Shown here: piece by piece, positions 40,726 to 51,051 of the stretch
How positions within the stretch are numbered: position 1 is the stretch's first letter
How the letters are laid out: every line of letters begins with the position of its first letter
Source: an uncultured Phycisphaerales bacterium
GTDB taxonomy: Bacteria > Planctomycetota > Phycisphaerae > Tepidisphaerales > Tepidisphaeraceae
NCBI GenBank assembly: GCA_963755915.1
Contig: CAVWLP010000002.1
Coordinates: forward strand, 4,352,001 to 4,416,000
DNA: 64,000 nucleotides
Reading direction: 5' to 3'
Program-made: the position numbers and the translations under genes
The notes under the pieces: generated by a model
Seen by the model: only the letters and a program-made list of their open reading frames with translations
What the model was told of the DNA's origin: nothing
Databases searched by the model: none

Positions 40726-42215
40726 TAATCCCGTTCGGCACGCAGGCTTCATCGGAGCATTCCAAAGCTGTGGAGGACGCGAAACAATTGAAGCTTAGAT
40801 ACTTTTACTTTCCCCTGCTGCACGCCGGCGTCCGCAAGAGCGCAGCATCAACCGCGAGGTCTCCGCGGCGACGGATTCCCCTTCAGTTTACTCCCAGTTT
40901 TTTCAAGGCCTCCGCTCTTGCCCTCAGCTTAATCCCGGTGTTATCCGGCTTGTTCAGGAATCGAAGCACGTCCTGTTCCTCGGCCAGCCCCAGCAGATAC
41001 CAGCCGATCATGTTCCGCATCGCCTTGTTCGGCTTCCTGCCGCTGATCAGCTGAATCAGCACGCAGACGATCAGCGCGCAGTGGATTTGGATGTCGATCC
41101 CCTCCTGGCGTTGGCTCAGCAGGTGACGCATGCCCAGCAGTTGCTTGAAGATCCGGAAGAACAACTCAACGGTGTAGCGGTACAGATAAATCAGGGCGAT
41201 CAATTCCGCCGGCAGGTCCAGCAGGTTCGTGTACAGGATGATCAGGTCCGTCGGCTTGTTGCCGCTGCGCGTGCGGCGCGGATGGGGTTTCACCTGCACT
41301 TCCACCCGTCGCACCACCCTATCCGCCGCCGTCTCCAGGCCGTCGAGTTTCACCAGCGCGTCTCGCACCACGCCGCCGTCCAATGCTTCCTGTGAAAGCA
41401 ATCGTTCTTCAAACAGCTCAAACACCGAGTTTTCCGCGGCCCGCATCACAAAGGAGCTTTGCGCCGCGGCGATGTCCGCAAAGAGGCTCCGGTCGGCGTA
41501 GCCGCCGTCTCCTACATAGCACCGTCCTGCTTCCAGGCTGCGCCGCAGGACGTTGTTTTCACGGTTGGCCCCCGCGTTGCGAGCGCCAGTGCGGTCGAGG
41601 CGATGGACTTTGAACGTCTCCAGATCGAATTGAACGTGCAAACGCCAGCCATAGACCGCTTTCCCGTCCCGGGAGGTGTTGTAGCGCGCATCGATGCCGC
41701 AAGCGGATTTGGCCAGCCGACTCAGCGCCGTCAGCACCGTCCCGTCGACCAGCGTGATCGCCTGCCCAAAGTCCGCAAGACGCGGATCGGGCGCCTGGGG
41801 CAGTTCCCCCGCCAATTCCTCAATCAGCGGCGTCAAACGCCCCGGCTCGAACACCCGAACCGATTCAGAGAAACTGCCCACGGAAAAACGCTTAATTCCC
41901 AGCGCCTTGGCCACCTTGGGCAGTTCAGCAACCTCCTGAAGATCCCGCAGGGATTGGATCAGCGGATTCCAGGTGTAAAGCAAAACCAGCTTGCAATAAT
42001 CGTCGAAGTGAAGCTGGCGGTTCCCGGCTCGATCCCGCTCACAGCCCACATCCCGCAGCGTGGGCAGCAGCGCGAAGACGCGCCGCAGATGTCCGAGGCA
42101 CAGGATCTCTTTTTCCTTCAGTCTTGCCTGCACGTCCGGCAGCATGCCATAAAAAGATCAAAGGCGCAATCTCAATATCTTGCTGCTTGCGCGAACCCCG
42201 TGCCGAACGGGATTA
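40726..42215 (-). mobile_element. IS4-family insertion sequence, copy 1 (1490 bp)
   Basis: 17-bp perfect terminal inverted repeats TAATCCCGTTCGGCACG; DDE transposase inside. Confidence 0.92.
40883..42145 (-). CDS. IS4-family DDE transposase
   Basis: LVDGT, VGDGGY and YLYRYTVELFFRIFKQ (YREK motif). Confidence 0.95.
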   Translation of the reverse strand: MLPDVQARLKEKEILCLGHLRRVFALLPTLRDVGCERDRAGNRQLHFDDYCKLVLLYTWNPLIQSLRDLQEVAELPKVAKALGIKRFSVGSFSESVRVFEPGRLTPLIEELAGELPQAPDPRLADFGQAITLVDGTVLTALSRLAKSACGIDARYNTSRDGKAVYGWRLHVQFDLETFKVHRLDRTGARNAGANRENNVLRRSLEAGRCYVGDGGYADRSLFADIAAAQSSFVMRAAENSVFELFEERLLSQEALDGGVVRDALVKLDGLETAADRVVRRVEVQVKPHPRRTRSGNKPTDLIILYTNLLDLPAELIALIYLYRYTVELFFRIFKQLLGMRHLLSQRQEGIDIQIHCALIVCVLIQLISGRKPNKAMRNMIGWYLLGLAEEQDVLRFLNKPDNTGIKLRARAEALKKLGVN

Positions 42216-42248
42216 ACAAAACGTAAAATTATGTAAAATCCGCAGCTG

Positions 42249-42420
42249 GCGGCAGCCGGAAGCTGCCGGGCGGTACGCCGCAAAACTTTAGGCCGGAAGC
42301 CGCTCCGTGGCTGGACGCCACGGCGGGCGGTACCCCCCAGTGGTACGTAGGGTGGCGCGTACTCGCCCACCATTCCCTGATCGGCAGACCAAACGGTGGG
42401 CGAGTACGCACCACCCTACG
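42249..42420. repeat. REP mosaic between the IS copies
   Basis: Two hairpin+CGGGCGGTAC units (42250-42276, 42303-42333) and an inverted GTAG-type doublet CGTAGGGTGGCGCGTACTCGCCCACC...GGTGGGCGAGTACGCACCACCCTACG (42346-42420). Confidence 0.8.
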
Positions 42421-42455
42421 GTCTTGCTAAAATCGCGTAAAACGTAACAAAACGT

Positions 42456-43944
42456 TAATCCCGTTCGGCACGGGGTTCGCGCAAGCAGCAAGATATTGAG
42501 ATTGCGCCTTTGATCTTTTTATGGCATGCTGCCGGACGTGCAGGCAAGACTGAAGGAAAAAGAGATCCTGTGCCTCGGACATCTGCGGCGCGTTTCGCGC
42601 TGCTGCCCACGCTGCGGGATGTGGGCTGTGAGCGGGATCGAGCCGGGAACCGCCAGCTTCACTTCGACGATTATTGCAAGCTGGTTTTGCTTTACACCTG
42701 GAATCCGCTGATCCAATCCCTGCGGGATCTTCAGGAGGTTGCTGAACTGCCCAAGGTGGCCAAGGCGCTGGGAATTAAGCGTTTTTCCGTGGGCAGTTTC
42801 TCTGAATCGGTTCGGGTGTTCGAGCCGGGGCGTTTGACGCCGCTGATTGAGGAATTGGCGGGGGAACTGCCCCAGGCGCCCGATCCGCGTCTTGCGGACT
42901 TTGGGCAGGCGATCACGCTGGTCGACGGGACGGTGCTGACGGCGCTGAGTCGGCTGGCCAAATCCGCTTGCGGCATCGATGCGCGCTACAACACCTCCCG
43001 GGACGGGAAAGCGGTCTATGGCTGGCGTTTGCACGTTCAATTCGATCTGGAGACGTTCAAAGTCCATCGCCTCGACCGCACTGGCGCTCGCAACGCGGGG
43101 GCCAACCGTGAAAACAACGTCCTGCGGCGCAGCCTGGAAGCAGGACGGTGCTATGTAGGAGACGGCGGCTACGCCGACCGGAGCCTCTTTGCGGACATCG
43201 CCGCGGCGCAAAGCTCCTTTGTGATGCGGGCCGCGGAAAACTCGGTGTTTGAGCTGTTTGAAGAACGATTGCTTTCACAGGAAGCATTGGACGGCGGCGT
43301 GGTGCGAGACGCGCTGGTGAAACTCGACGGCCTGGAGACGGCGGCGGATAGGGTGGTGCGACGGGTGGAAGTGCAGGTGAAACCCCATCCGCGCCGCACG
43401 CGCAGCGGCAACAAGCCGACGGACCTGATCATCCTGTACACGAACCTGCTGGACCTGCCGGCGGAATTGATCGCCCTGATTTATCTGTACCGCTACACCG
43501 TTGAGTTGTTCTTCCGGATCTTCAAGCAACTGCTGGGCATGCGTCACCTGCTGAGCCAACGCCAGGAGGGGATCGACATCCAAATCCACTGCGCGCTGAT
43601 CGTCTGCGTGCTGATTCAGCTGATCAGCGGCAGGAAGCCGAACAAGGCGATGCGGAACATGATCGGCTGGTATCTGCTGGGGCTGGCCGAGGAACAGGAC
43701 GTGCTTCGATTCCTGAACAAGCCGGATAACACCGGGATTAAGCTGAGGGCAAGAGCGGAGGCCTTGAAAAAACTGGGAGTAAACTGAAGGGGAATCCGTC
43801 GCCGCGGAGACCTCGCGGTTGATGCTGCGCTCTTGCGGACGCCGGCGTGCAGCAGGGGAAAGTAAAAGTATCTAAGCTTCAATTGTTTCGCGTCCTCCAC
43901 AGCTTTGGAATGCTCCGATGAAGCCTGCGTGCCGAACGGGATTA
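42456..43944 (+). mobile_element. IS4-family insertion sequence, copy 2 (1489 bp), inverted relative to copy 1
   Basis: Same terminal repeats; appears identical to copy 1 except for a 1-bp deletion near 42594. Confidence 0.92.
42526..43787 (+). CDS. IS4-family transposase with a 1-bp frameshift near the N-terminus (sequencing error or pseudogene)
   Basis: Protein identical to copy 1 on both sides of the indel. Confidence 0.85.
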
Positions 43945-44259
43945 ACGTTTTGTTACGTTTTCGGCGAATTAGTTAGTATATGCTAACTCATTTTGATTTA
44001 AGTCTGTGTGGGGGAGGTGGTTGCGTGGGGTTTGGTTAATTTTCAATAAACGCGGGGTGTAACATTGCTGGATAGGAATTCGCCCGCTCTTTCCACTTTC
44101 CACCGCTCTGCTCTCTCACGAAGCGAGGCGGAGATCGTGCGGGTCCGCGATGTTTCATCCGCAAGATTGTCCGGCAGTAATCTATCGAGTAACTTGTATG
44201 CGGACTCCGATCCGGAGTAACTGTGCTCTGAGTCGCGACATACGTAAAGGTGGTGCCTG

Positions 44260-44499
44260 ATGGCCGAATCTCAATTCGAAAAAGGCGACACGGTAATGCT
44301 AAAGAGTGGCTCGCGGTTGATGACGATTAAGAGCTTTCAGGACAACGACGCGGAGTGCCATTGGGTGGATAAAGACGGAAAGCCGGAGTCGGCCAATTAC
44401 GATACTTCAATGTTACGTCACGCAACGCGCGCTGTACCTCGCATAATCGCCTTGCGGCGGCCCAGTGTCACCCCAAGTAATTCGCCAGAATATTCTTGA
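44260..44499 (+). CDS. YodC/DUF2158 family small protein
   Basis: FEKGDTVMLKSGSRLMTI...AECHW pattern. Confidence 0.8.
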   Translation: MAESQFEKGDTVMLKSGSRLMTIKSFQDNDAECHWVDKDGKPESANYDTSMLRHATRAVPRIIALRRPSVTPSNSPEYS

Positions 44500-44816
44500 T
44501 ACCGGCGATCATTGCCTCCACGTCCTGCCGAGTAAATTGATCGAATTCGCCGTGGGCGGCTTTGTTGCGAATGTGTGCCCAAGCCTCTAGCTGTGCAGCC
44601 ATCGTTTGTTTGAACACATCAGCTTTTTTGAGCGCTACGATAAGCGGGCTGAGGGTCAGCGGATTGCCTTTGGCATTCGTTGTCGGTATCGACGGTTTCT
44701 GCTTTTGGCACAAAGTCCTTAGAGTTTTCTCTAAGACCGCGCCAGCTAGGACGGCTGCGGGGACATGGTCATTCTTGCCGGATTGACCCTCAACGAGAAG
44801 TTCGTCCGCTTGTCCC
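44468..44816 (-). pseudogene. 5'-truncated HEPN/DUF4145-like gene
   Basis: AAVLAGAVLE and IRNKAAHG (RxxxxH) motifs; 5' end replaced by IS3 sequence. Confidence 0.7.
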
Positions 44817-45502
44817 ATGGCGGATCGGCAGGTGAGCGTCTGCGTGAACACGGTGGCGCGTCTGATGAAACAGGCCGGATTGCAATCGCGGATTCGCCGG
44901 CGATTCGTCGTCCATACCACCGATTCGAATCACGATGAGCCGGTCGCGGCCAATGTGCTGGACCGCCAGTTCGCAACTGAGCGCCCAACCGCAAGTGGTG
45001 CTGCGACATCACCTACGTTCCGACGGATGAAGGATTCCTATACCTGGCGGCCGTGATCGACCTGTGCAGTCGGAAAATAGTCGGCTGGTCGATGGCCGAT
45101 CATCTGCGAAGTGAGCTGTGTCTGGAAGCGATATCGATGGCGCTGACACATCGCCGACCGGAGCGAGGTTTGCTGCACCACTCCGATCGCGGTGTCCAAT
45201 ACGCCTGCGAGACTTATCGACAGATGCTGGCGGAGCATGGGATGGAGCGGAGCATGAGCCGCACCGGCAATTGCTACGACAACGCGGTGATGGAGAGCTT
45301 TTTCAGCACGCTGAAGACGGAGCTCATTTATCACGAGCACTACGCAACGCAAGCGGAGGCTCGGCGTTCGATCTTTGAGTACATTGAAGTGTTTTACAAT
45401 CGCCAGAGACGTCACTCGGCGATAGGCTACCAAAGCCCCGAAGCGTTCGAGGCCAGCCTGAACTGACGATTTGGCCGCGCCCACCGAACGTGGGGAAGGT
45501 CA
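44817..45502 (+). mobile_element. IS3-family remnant (3' half of OrfB and right inverted repeat)
   Basis: NTVARLMK, DLCSRKIVGW, HHSDRGVQY, GNCYDNAVMESFF and YNRQRRHSAIGYQSP; ends GGGGAAGGTCA. Confidence 0.9.
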
Positions 45503-45573
45503 CTACGGAGGATCAGAAAAATCGCGTCCTCTTCGTTGGCCACTTTGTTTAAACTTGGATCGCTTAACCGCAA

Positions 45574-45796
45574 ATGGCCGACCGGGTTGGGCCGAAGAAA
45601 AAATCCGGATGCCGTGAAAACCGAATGGATCGAGATGCGCGTCGAGAAGTCCGAAAGGGATACGTTCCGCGCCGCCGCTGACGCAGCCGGATTGCCGCTG
45701 TCCGGCTGGATAAGGCAACGCTTGCGCCATGATGCGAAATAGGAATTGGAGGATTTGGGGTTGCCTGTGCCATTTGTTGAGCGCCTAGGCGTCTGA
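45574..45796 (+). pseudogene. Ribbon-helix-helix (DUF1778/MobC-like) gene with an internal TAG
   Basis: IEMRVEKSERDTFRAAADAAGLPLSGWIRQRL; the frame continues ELEDLGLPVPFVERLGV* after the stop at 45740. Confidence 0.5.
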
Positions 45797-47164
45797 TCGC
45801 GGCTCCCCGCTCTGAACAGAGACAACATGCACAGTCGCTAAAGCGCCAGCAAATACAGAAAAAGGGCTTCGCGACCCAGAGAAATCGGCTTGCTCTGTCA
45901 ACTTAAGGAATCCGTCAACAGAAATAGAAAAAGACGAATTCCTATAAACCAAATCGAAGGTGTGCAATTCATTTTTGGTGATTCGGCCAGCATCCCTTTT
46001 GTCGTAGGCCTCGTCCTTAAAGCGTCGCGCGAATGGTCCCTTCCAAATGTGGAGGTAGCCCTCATTCATGTGTTGTTCCCAATTGAATATGATTTCTTCC
46101 TCCACATAACTAAGTCGGACATTTGTTGAATTGGTCATTGCGACTACGCGGAAAGCGATTGGAACGGTAAACGGATCGGGGGTCTGAATGCGATTTTTCC
46201 TCTCGTCATCCAATTCATAGATTCCGTTTTCGAACGATTTGTAGTTTTGCCCCATTCTACCAATCCATTCGGTCGGATTACCGGCAAATGGCGATCTGAT
46301 TTCAGGCAGCCGGCGGTCAATCGCTTTTCCAAGAACTGCCGCAGCGGAAACTTGCTGACTTGCACGGCGACTGATCTTAAAGAGGGAATCACGACCGAAT
46401 AATCGAACGCCGGGATCGAGCCGAAGAAGGCTTTCCGCCGTAGACGTGTTCTCCGGAAATTTTATATACCTGCCGTCAGGATATATCAGCCTTAGTTCTT
46501 TTGCCCGGCCGTATATGGGTGGGTCGTCACTCATTTCCAACACTTGATGTTCAACTTTTTGCGGCGATCCATCATCGCCAGCGCAGAGCAAGAGGATTAC
46601 CTTATCCCTCAATGGAAAGCCCCTAAGCGTCGTATCAAACCAATCTAGGCCTGTCCCCCATGCGGCCTCAAATGACCATTTGCCGTATGTCTTTATGAGC
46701 CGATCAAAATCAGTTTCCGCACGAACTGCCTGAGTAGTGGGGGGCGACAAGCCATTTTGTCTCGACAGCAGATTTCGCAGAACAAGCAAAAAACCCATCC
46801 CCACAATAAGCAGAGCTGCCAGATAGTAAATCGCAAATTTGCGGTCGCTAGAGTTGTTGATAACAGCCGCCCACATGAAAGCTACCACCAGCCATCCAAG
46901 CAGCAAATAGCGGGCTTTCTTGCCAGAAGCGGTGATCGATGAGAGGCCCATTTGAATTTTCGTCAATCTATTTTGCTCGGCAAAATGCTGGTTTGACTGC
47001 TTCCCCTGAAGGAATGTCGTCACCGCCGAAATTATTTGAACAATGGTTTGAATAAGAAGCAGAATAGTGCCGAATATGGCCGTCAACGCGAGAATGTTTG
47101 GGAGGGTCATCCCAAACATTACTTTTGCCTCAGTTTCTGCAATGGGTGGCAGGACTATCGACAT
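45785..47164 (-). CDS. Hypothetical membrane protein with a beta-rich C-terminal domain
   Basis: Long ORF with three N-terminal TM segments; lower GC than the flanks. Confidence 0.65.
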   Translation of the reverse strand: MSIVLPPIAETEAKVMFGMTLPNILALTAIFGTILLLIQTIVQIISAVTTFLQGKQSNQHFAEQNRLTKIQMGLSSITASGKKARYLLLGWLVVAFMWAAVINNSSDRKFAIYYLAALLIVGMGFLLVLRNLLSRQNGLSPPTTQAVRAETDFDRLIKTYGKWSFEAAWGTGLDWFDTTLRGFPLRDKVILLLCAGDDGSPQKVEHQVLEMSDDPPIYGRAKELRLIYPDGRYIKFPENTSTAESLLRLDPGVRLFGRDSLFKISRRASQQVSAAAVLGKAIDRRLPEIRSPFAGNPTEWIGRMGQNYKSFENGIYELDDERKNRIQTPDPFTVPIAFRVVAMTNSTNVRLSYVEEEIIFNWEQHMNEGYLHIWKGPFARRFKDEAYDKRDAGRITKNELHTFDLVYRNSSFSISVDGFLKLTEQADFSGSRSPFSVFAGALATVHVVSVQSGEPRSDA

Positions 47165-47481
47165 ATCTATTCTCCAGAAACCGGGTTCGCCCGGCGCTAT
47201 GCCGCCGCTGGAGAGGCAACGGCATAGCGCCAAGGCTTCGACGGATAGCTATTCCGCCGTTCCCGAATAACTGGATTATCGCAAAATTGGGAAGGGCGGT
47301 CACTTTAGCCACTCCCTCCCGCACAACCCGTCATGCAGACGTCGGTTCCGTTGTGCAAACCGCTTCCCTTGTGCAAAGCCCGCGGACCGTAAAGCTTTGT
47401 ATTCAATTGTCCGTACCAAAATCTCCATCGCTCCGGCCACCCAAACGCCCCACCCCCGTCTTCGCAACTATAATCCCCCCA

Positions 47482-49479
47482 GTGAATCTCCTCCCCCCCA
47501 TCGACCTCGCCTGGCAGCACCAGCAGGCCGGCCGCCTCAACGAGGCCGAAGCCATCTGCCGCCAGCTTCTCACCCACGACCCCAACAACGCCCCCGCCCT
47601 GCATCTGCTGGGCGTCATCGCCAAGCTCACCGGCAATGACGACGCCGCCCTTGAGCTTCTCGGTCGCTCGGTCGCCGTTGCCCCCAACGACCCCTTCGCC
47701 CAAAGCAATCTCGGCAACCTTCTTCGCGACAAAGGGCGTTTCGACCTCGCCCTGGCCGCCTATCACAAAGCCATCGCGCTTGACCCCAATTTCGCCGCGG
47801 CCTTCTTTAACCTGGGAATGTGCCACTGGCAGATGAACCAGGACGACCACGCCATCGCCAATCTCCGCCAGGCAATCCACATCTCCCCCGGCATGACCAA
47901 CGCCTGGTTCGCCCTCGCCACCGTCCTCAAGGAGGCCGGGCAGATCGAGCCTTCTATCGCCGCCTGCCAGAAGGCGATTGAACTCAACCCCAACGCCGCG
48001 GGGTACCACTACTCGCTTGCCGACGCATACGAACTCAAATCTCCCCCCTTGCACGACCAGGCCATCGCCGCCTACCGCCGCGCGATCGAGATCGATCCCA
48101 ATTACTCCGAAGCCCGCTGCGACCTCGCCGTCGCCCTCGCCGCCCTGGGCCGCGCCCCCGAATCCGAAGCCGCCCTCACCGACGCCGCCGCCCACGGCGC
48201 CGCCCCCGCCCTCCTCGCTCTCACCCGCGGCCGAATCCTCCACCGCGCCGGCCAATCCGAAAAAGCGATCGAATTTCTCCGCCGCGCCGCTCAGCTCGAT
48301 CCCGATTCCTGGCGCGCCTGGTTCAACCTCGGCAACGCCCTGCGCGAAACCGGCCGCTTTTCCGAAGCCGCCCAGTGCGTCCCCCGCATCCTCGCCCGCC
48401 GCCCAAATTCCTCCCACGCCTACGGCCTGCTCTCCAGCCTCGGCGCCGATCTCGACCCCTCCGAAATCTCCCGCCTCTCCCAATCCCTCGACGACCCCCA
48501 GCTCTCAAACGCCGATCGCGCCGCCCTAGGCTTCGCCCTCGGAAAATTCCTCGACAAATCCGCCCGCTATGACGAAGCCTTCACCCACTTCACCCGCGCC
48601 AACGCCGCCGCCCGCGATCTCCGCCGCGCCGCCGGCGAACGCTACAGCAGCGAACAATTCTCCCGCCACATCGACGACCTGATCGCCCTCACCACCCCCG
48701 ACTTCTTCACCCGCTGGCACACCGCCGGCGTCCGCTCCGATCTCCCCGTCTTCATCGTCGGAATGCCCCGCTCGGGAACCACCCTGATCGAACAAATCGC
48801 CGCCAGCCACCCCCAAATCTTCGGCGCCGGCGAGCTCAATGACATCCCCACCCTCGCCGCAAAATTAAATTTCCCCCACTGTTCCCCCGATCAAATCACC
48901 CAGACCGCTCAGCATCACCTCGACCACCTTCGCTCGCTCGCCCCCTCCGCGGCCGGCGTCATCGACAAGATGCCCGCGAACGTCGAGCATCTGGCCCTGA
49001 TCGCCGCCCTTTTCCCCGAAGCCAGGATCATCTTCTCCCGCCGCGACCCGCGCGACACCTGCCTCTCCTGTTTCTTCCAACCCTTCCTCGAAGGAAATCT
49101 TTTCAGTTTCGACCTGGCCGACTGCGCCCGCCATCACGCCCAGATCGACCGCCTCATCGAGCATTGGAAATCAGTGCTGCCCCTGCGCATGCTGGAAGTC
49201 CAATACGAAACCCTGGTTCAGGACCCCGACCCCCAATCCCGCCGAATCATCGAATTCCTGGGCCTTCCCTGGCACCCCGCCTGCCTGGATTTCCACCACA
49301 CCCAGCGCCCCATCCACACTGCCAGCGCGTGGCAAGTCCGCCAGCCGCTCTACAATCACTCCATCGGCCGGTGGAAAAATTATGAGAAATATCTTGGCCC
49401 ACTTTCGGACGCCCTGCGCCTTACCCCCTCTCCCGGTACTCCGGGAGAGGGCAGGGGTGAGGGCCTTGGAAAAATCTGA
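47482..49479 (+). CDS. TPR-containing sulfotransferase
   Basis: TPR array; VFIVGMPRSGTTLIEQI, IDKMP, RDPRDTCLS and TASAWQVRQP motifs. Confidence 0.92.
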   Translation: MNLLPPIDLAWQHQQAGRLNEAEAICRQLLTHDPNNAPALHLLGVIAKLTGNDDAALELLGRSVAVAPNDPFAQSNLGNLLRDKGRFDLALAAYHKAIALDPNFAAAFFNLGMCHWQMNQDDHAIANLRQAIHISPGMTNAWFALATVLKEAGQIEPSIAACQKAIELNPNAAGYHYSLADAYELKSPPLHDQAIAAYRRAIEIDPNYSEARCDLAVALAALGRAPESEAALTDAAAHGAAPALLALTRGRILHRAGQSEKAIEFLRRAAQLDPDSWRAWFNLGNALRETGRFSEAAQCVPRILARRPNSSHAYGLLSSLGADLDPSEISRLSQSLDDPQLSNADRAALGFALGKFLDKSARYDEAFTHFTRANAAARDLRRAAGERYSSEQFSRHIDDLIALTTPDFFTRWHTAGVRSDLPVFIVGMPRSGTTLIEQIAASHPQIFGAGELNDIPTLAAKLNFPHCSPDQITQTAQHHLDHLRSLAPSAAGVIDKMPANVEHLALIAALFPEARIIFSRRDPRDTCLSCFFQPFLEGNLFSFDLADCARHHAQIDRLIEHWKSVLPLRMLEVQYETLVQDPDPQSRRIIEFLGLPWHPACLDFHHTQRPIHTASAWQVRQPLYNHSIGRWKNYEKYLGPLSDALRLTPSPGTPGEGRGEGLGKI

Positions 49480-49546
49480 CGCACACACGGCCCTCACCCG
49501 CGCGGACTTCGTCCGCTTGCCCTCTCCCGGAGTACCGGGCGAGGGG
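49425..49546. repeat. Inverted pair of CCCTCTCCCGG-TACT-CCGGGAGAGGG palindromic elements
   Basis: First copy overlaps the sulfotransferase 3' end; further copies at 53197-53235 and, degenerate, at 54387-54427 and 40678-40704. Confidence 0.85.
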
Positions 49547-49589
49547 TGGAGCCGCAAAAGTGCTCGCATTGGTAGAGCAGTATTCCCGA

Positions 49590-50384
49590 TCAAATATGCA
49601 AAATAAACGCCGCCCCAATCAAACACCCAATCCCCCCGCACACGATCCCCGCGATCGCCATCCCCTTACCACCGCGCGTAGCCGAATCCATGCTCGCCAC
49701 CTGCTTTAACCCCACGATCCCAAAAATAACCGCCAGCATCGCCGGTATCACGATCATGAACGCCGGCAGACTAATGATCCCCAGCACCAGCGACGCCACG
49801 CAGAACCCGTTGTTCGTCCCCGTCGCCTCCAGCGTCGTCCCCTCCATCGTGAACGGCATGCCACAGCTCTTGCAGTTATTCGCCGTAATCGTGCTGCTCG
49901 CCATGCACCGCGGGCAAATGATGATCTGTTTCCCCTCCTTCGTCCGCTGAATCTTTGGCGCCCTTCCCCCGGCGGCGGCATACGCATGAACCGGATGCGG
50001 ATCCTGCCGGATGATCTCCCGGGTCTTCGGATCGATCAGCCGCCCATACCGGTCGAGGATCGGAATCGTTATCTGGTTCCCGCACGTCGGGCACGTCCCA
50101 TCCTGCCCCCCCATCGACTCCGTCGCCTCCAGCCGGCTGGAGCAATACCCGCAGTTAAACCCATACCGTTTCCCCCCAATCCGCGGCGGCGCAATCGTCC
50201 GCGACATCACCGCCCCACCCACCGCCCCACTCGCAGACCCCACCGAGCTCTGCCCCGCTCCAACCGACTCGGTCACCGGCACCCGCACCGTCGTCCGGCA
50301 CACCGGACAACGCACAACCTGCCCCGCCTGCTCCGGCGCTGCCGATATCGGCGTACGGCAAACGTGGCACGCAAATACAATCAT
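49590..50384 (-). CDS. Multi-Zn-ribbon protein with C-terminal DUF4190 membrane domain
   Basis: Six CxxC motifs; ASLVLGIIS...GIVGLKQ...GKGMAIAGIVCG. Confidence 0.8.
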   Translation of the reverse strand: MIVFACHVCRTPISAAPEQAGQVVRCPVCRTTVRVPVTESVGAGQSSVGSASGAVGGAVMSRTIAPPRIGGKRYGFNCGYCSSRLEATESMGGQDGTCPTCGNQITIPILDRYGRLIDPKTREIIRQDPHPVHAYAAAGGRAPKIQRTKEGKQIIICPRCMASSTITANNCKSCGMPFTMEGTTLEATGTNNGFCVASLVLGIISLPAFMIVIPAMLAVIFGIVGLKQVASMDSATRGGKGMAIAGIVCGGIGCLIGAAFILHI

Positions 50385-50437
50385 GCTCCCTCAAAATCCT
50401 AAACGACCGCGACGCAATTTCAAACCGATCGCTGGGG

Positions 50438-50567
50438 GAAAACCAGAAACCCGAAACCAGAATTCCGAATCAAACCCGAATGACCGAATGACGAATAAAA
50501 GTGGCACCCATTCGGATTTCGTCATTCGGATTTGATTCTGGTTTCGGGTTTCTGGTTTCGGATTTCA
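50438..50567. repeat. Inverted array of degenerate heptamer repeats between genes
   Basis: AAACCAGAAACCCGAAACCAGAAT...CGAATGAC versus GTCATTCG...ATTCTGGTTTCGGGTTTCTGGTTT. Confidence 0.85.
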
Positions 50568-50575
50568 ATTTCCAT

Positions 50576-51043
50576 TCACACCACCGCCTCCACCGCCCTC
50601 CGACTCCCCTCATCCATCTCATCCATCCTCGGCAACTCATAAATCGTCCCATCCGCATCCTTCACCGTAAACCTACCATCGGCCATAAACCGGATATCCT
50701 CCCGTTCCTGCACCCGAAAATCCGCCGGCCCGCGGTCCGTTTCCACCGTCCACTGCTGAAACCCAAACCGCACATCCACCGCCATCACCCGCGTAATCCG
50801 CGGGATCATGCTCGTCCCCGCCAGATAATTCTCGACGATTCCCCGCAGCCCCTCGGAAAGCTTCCCCAGATCGTCGATCATCACCAGTTCCTTCCCCTCC
50901 TTGCTGCGAATGCTGACGTTCCTCTCCGGCGAAGACCACGGAAACGACCGCCGCACGCGCACGTCCACCACCTCCTCCACCCCCGGCCGCACCAGCACCA
51001 TTCGCCCTTGCGGATCCACCTTCAAATCAAACGCCTCGCTCAT
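50576..51043 (-). CDS. DUF1854 domain protein
   Basis: RRSFPWSSP...VSI, PRITRV, WTVETDRG and DADGTIY motifs; RBS GAGGAG. Confidence 0.8.
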   Translation of the reverse strand: MSEAFDLKVDPQGRMVLVRPGVEEVVDVRVRRSFPWSSPERNVSIRSKEGKELVMIDDLGKLSEGLRGIVENYLAGTSMIPRITRVMAVDVRFGFQQWTVETDRGPADFRVQEREDIRFMADGRFTVKDADGTIYELPRMDEMDEGSRRAVEAVV

Positions 51044-51051
51044 AACTCTCC

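Noticed and set aside
40707-42234. 36-bp extended terminal inverted repeats of the IS
   Set aside because: The extension differs between the two copies and is explained by the target motif plus inversion
42240-42340. c-di-GMP-I riboswitch suggested by GCCGCAAAAC
   Set aside because: No GGCAAA/GAAA P2 architecture or downstream gene; better explained as REP units
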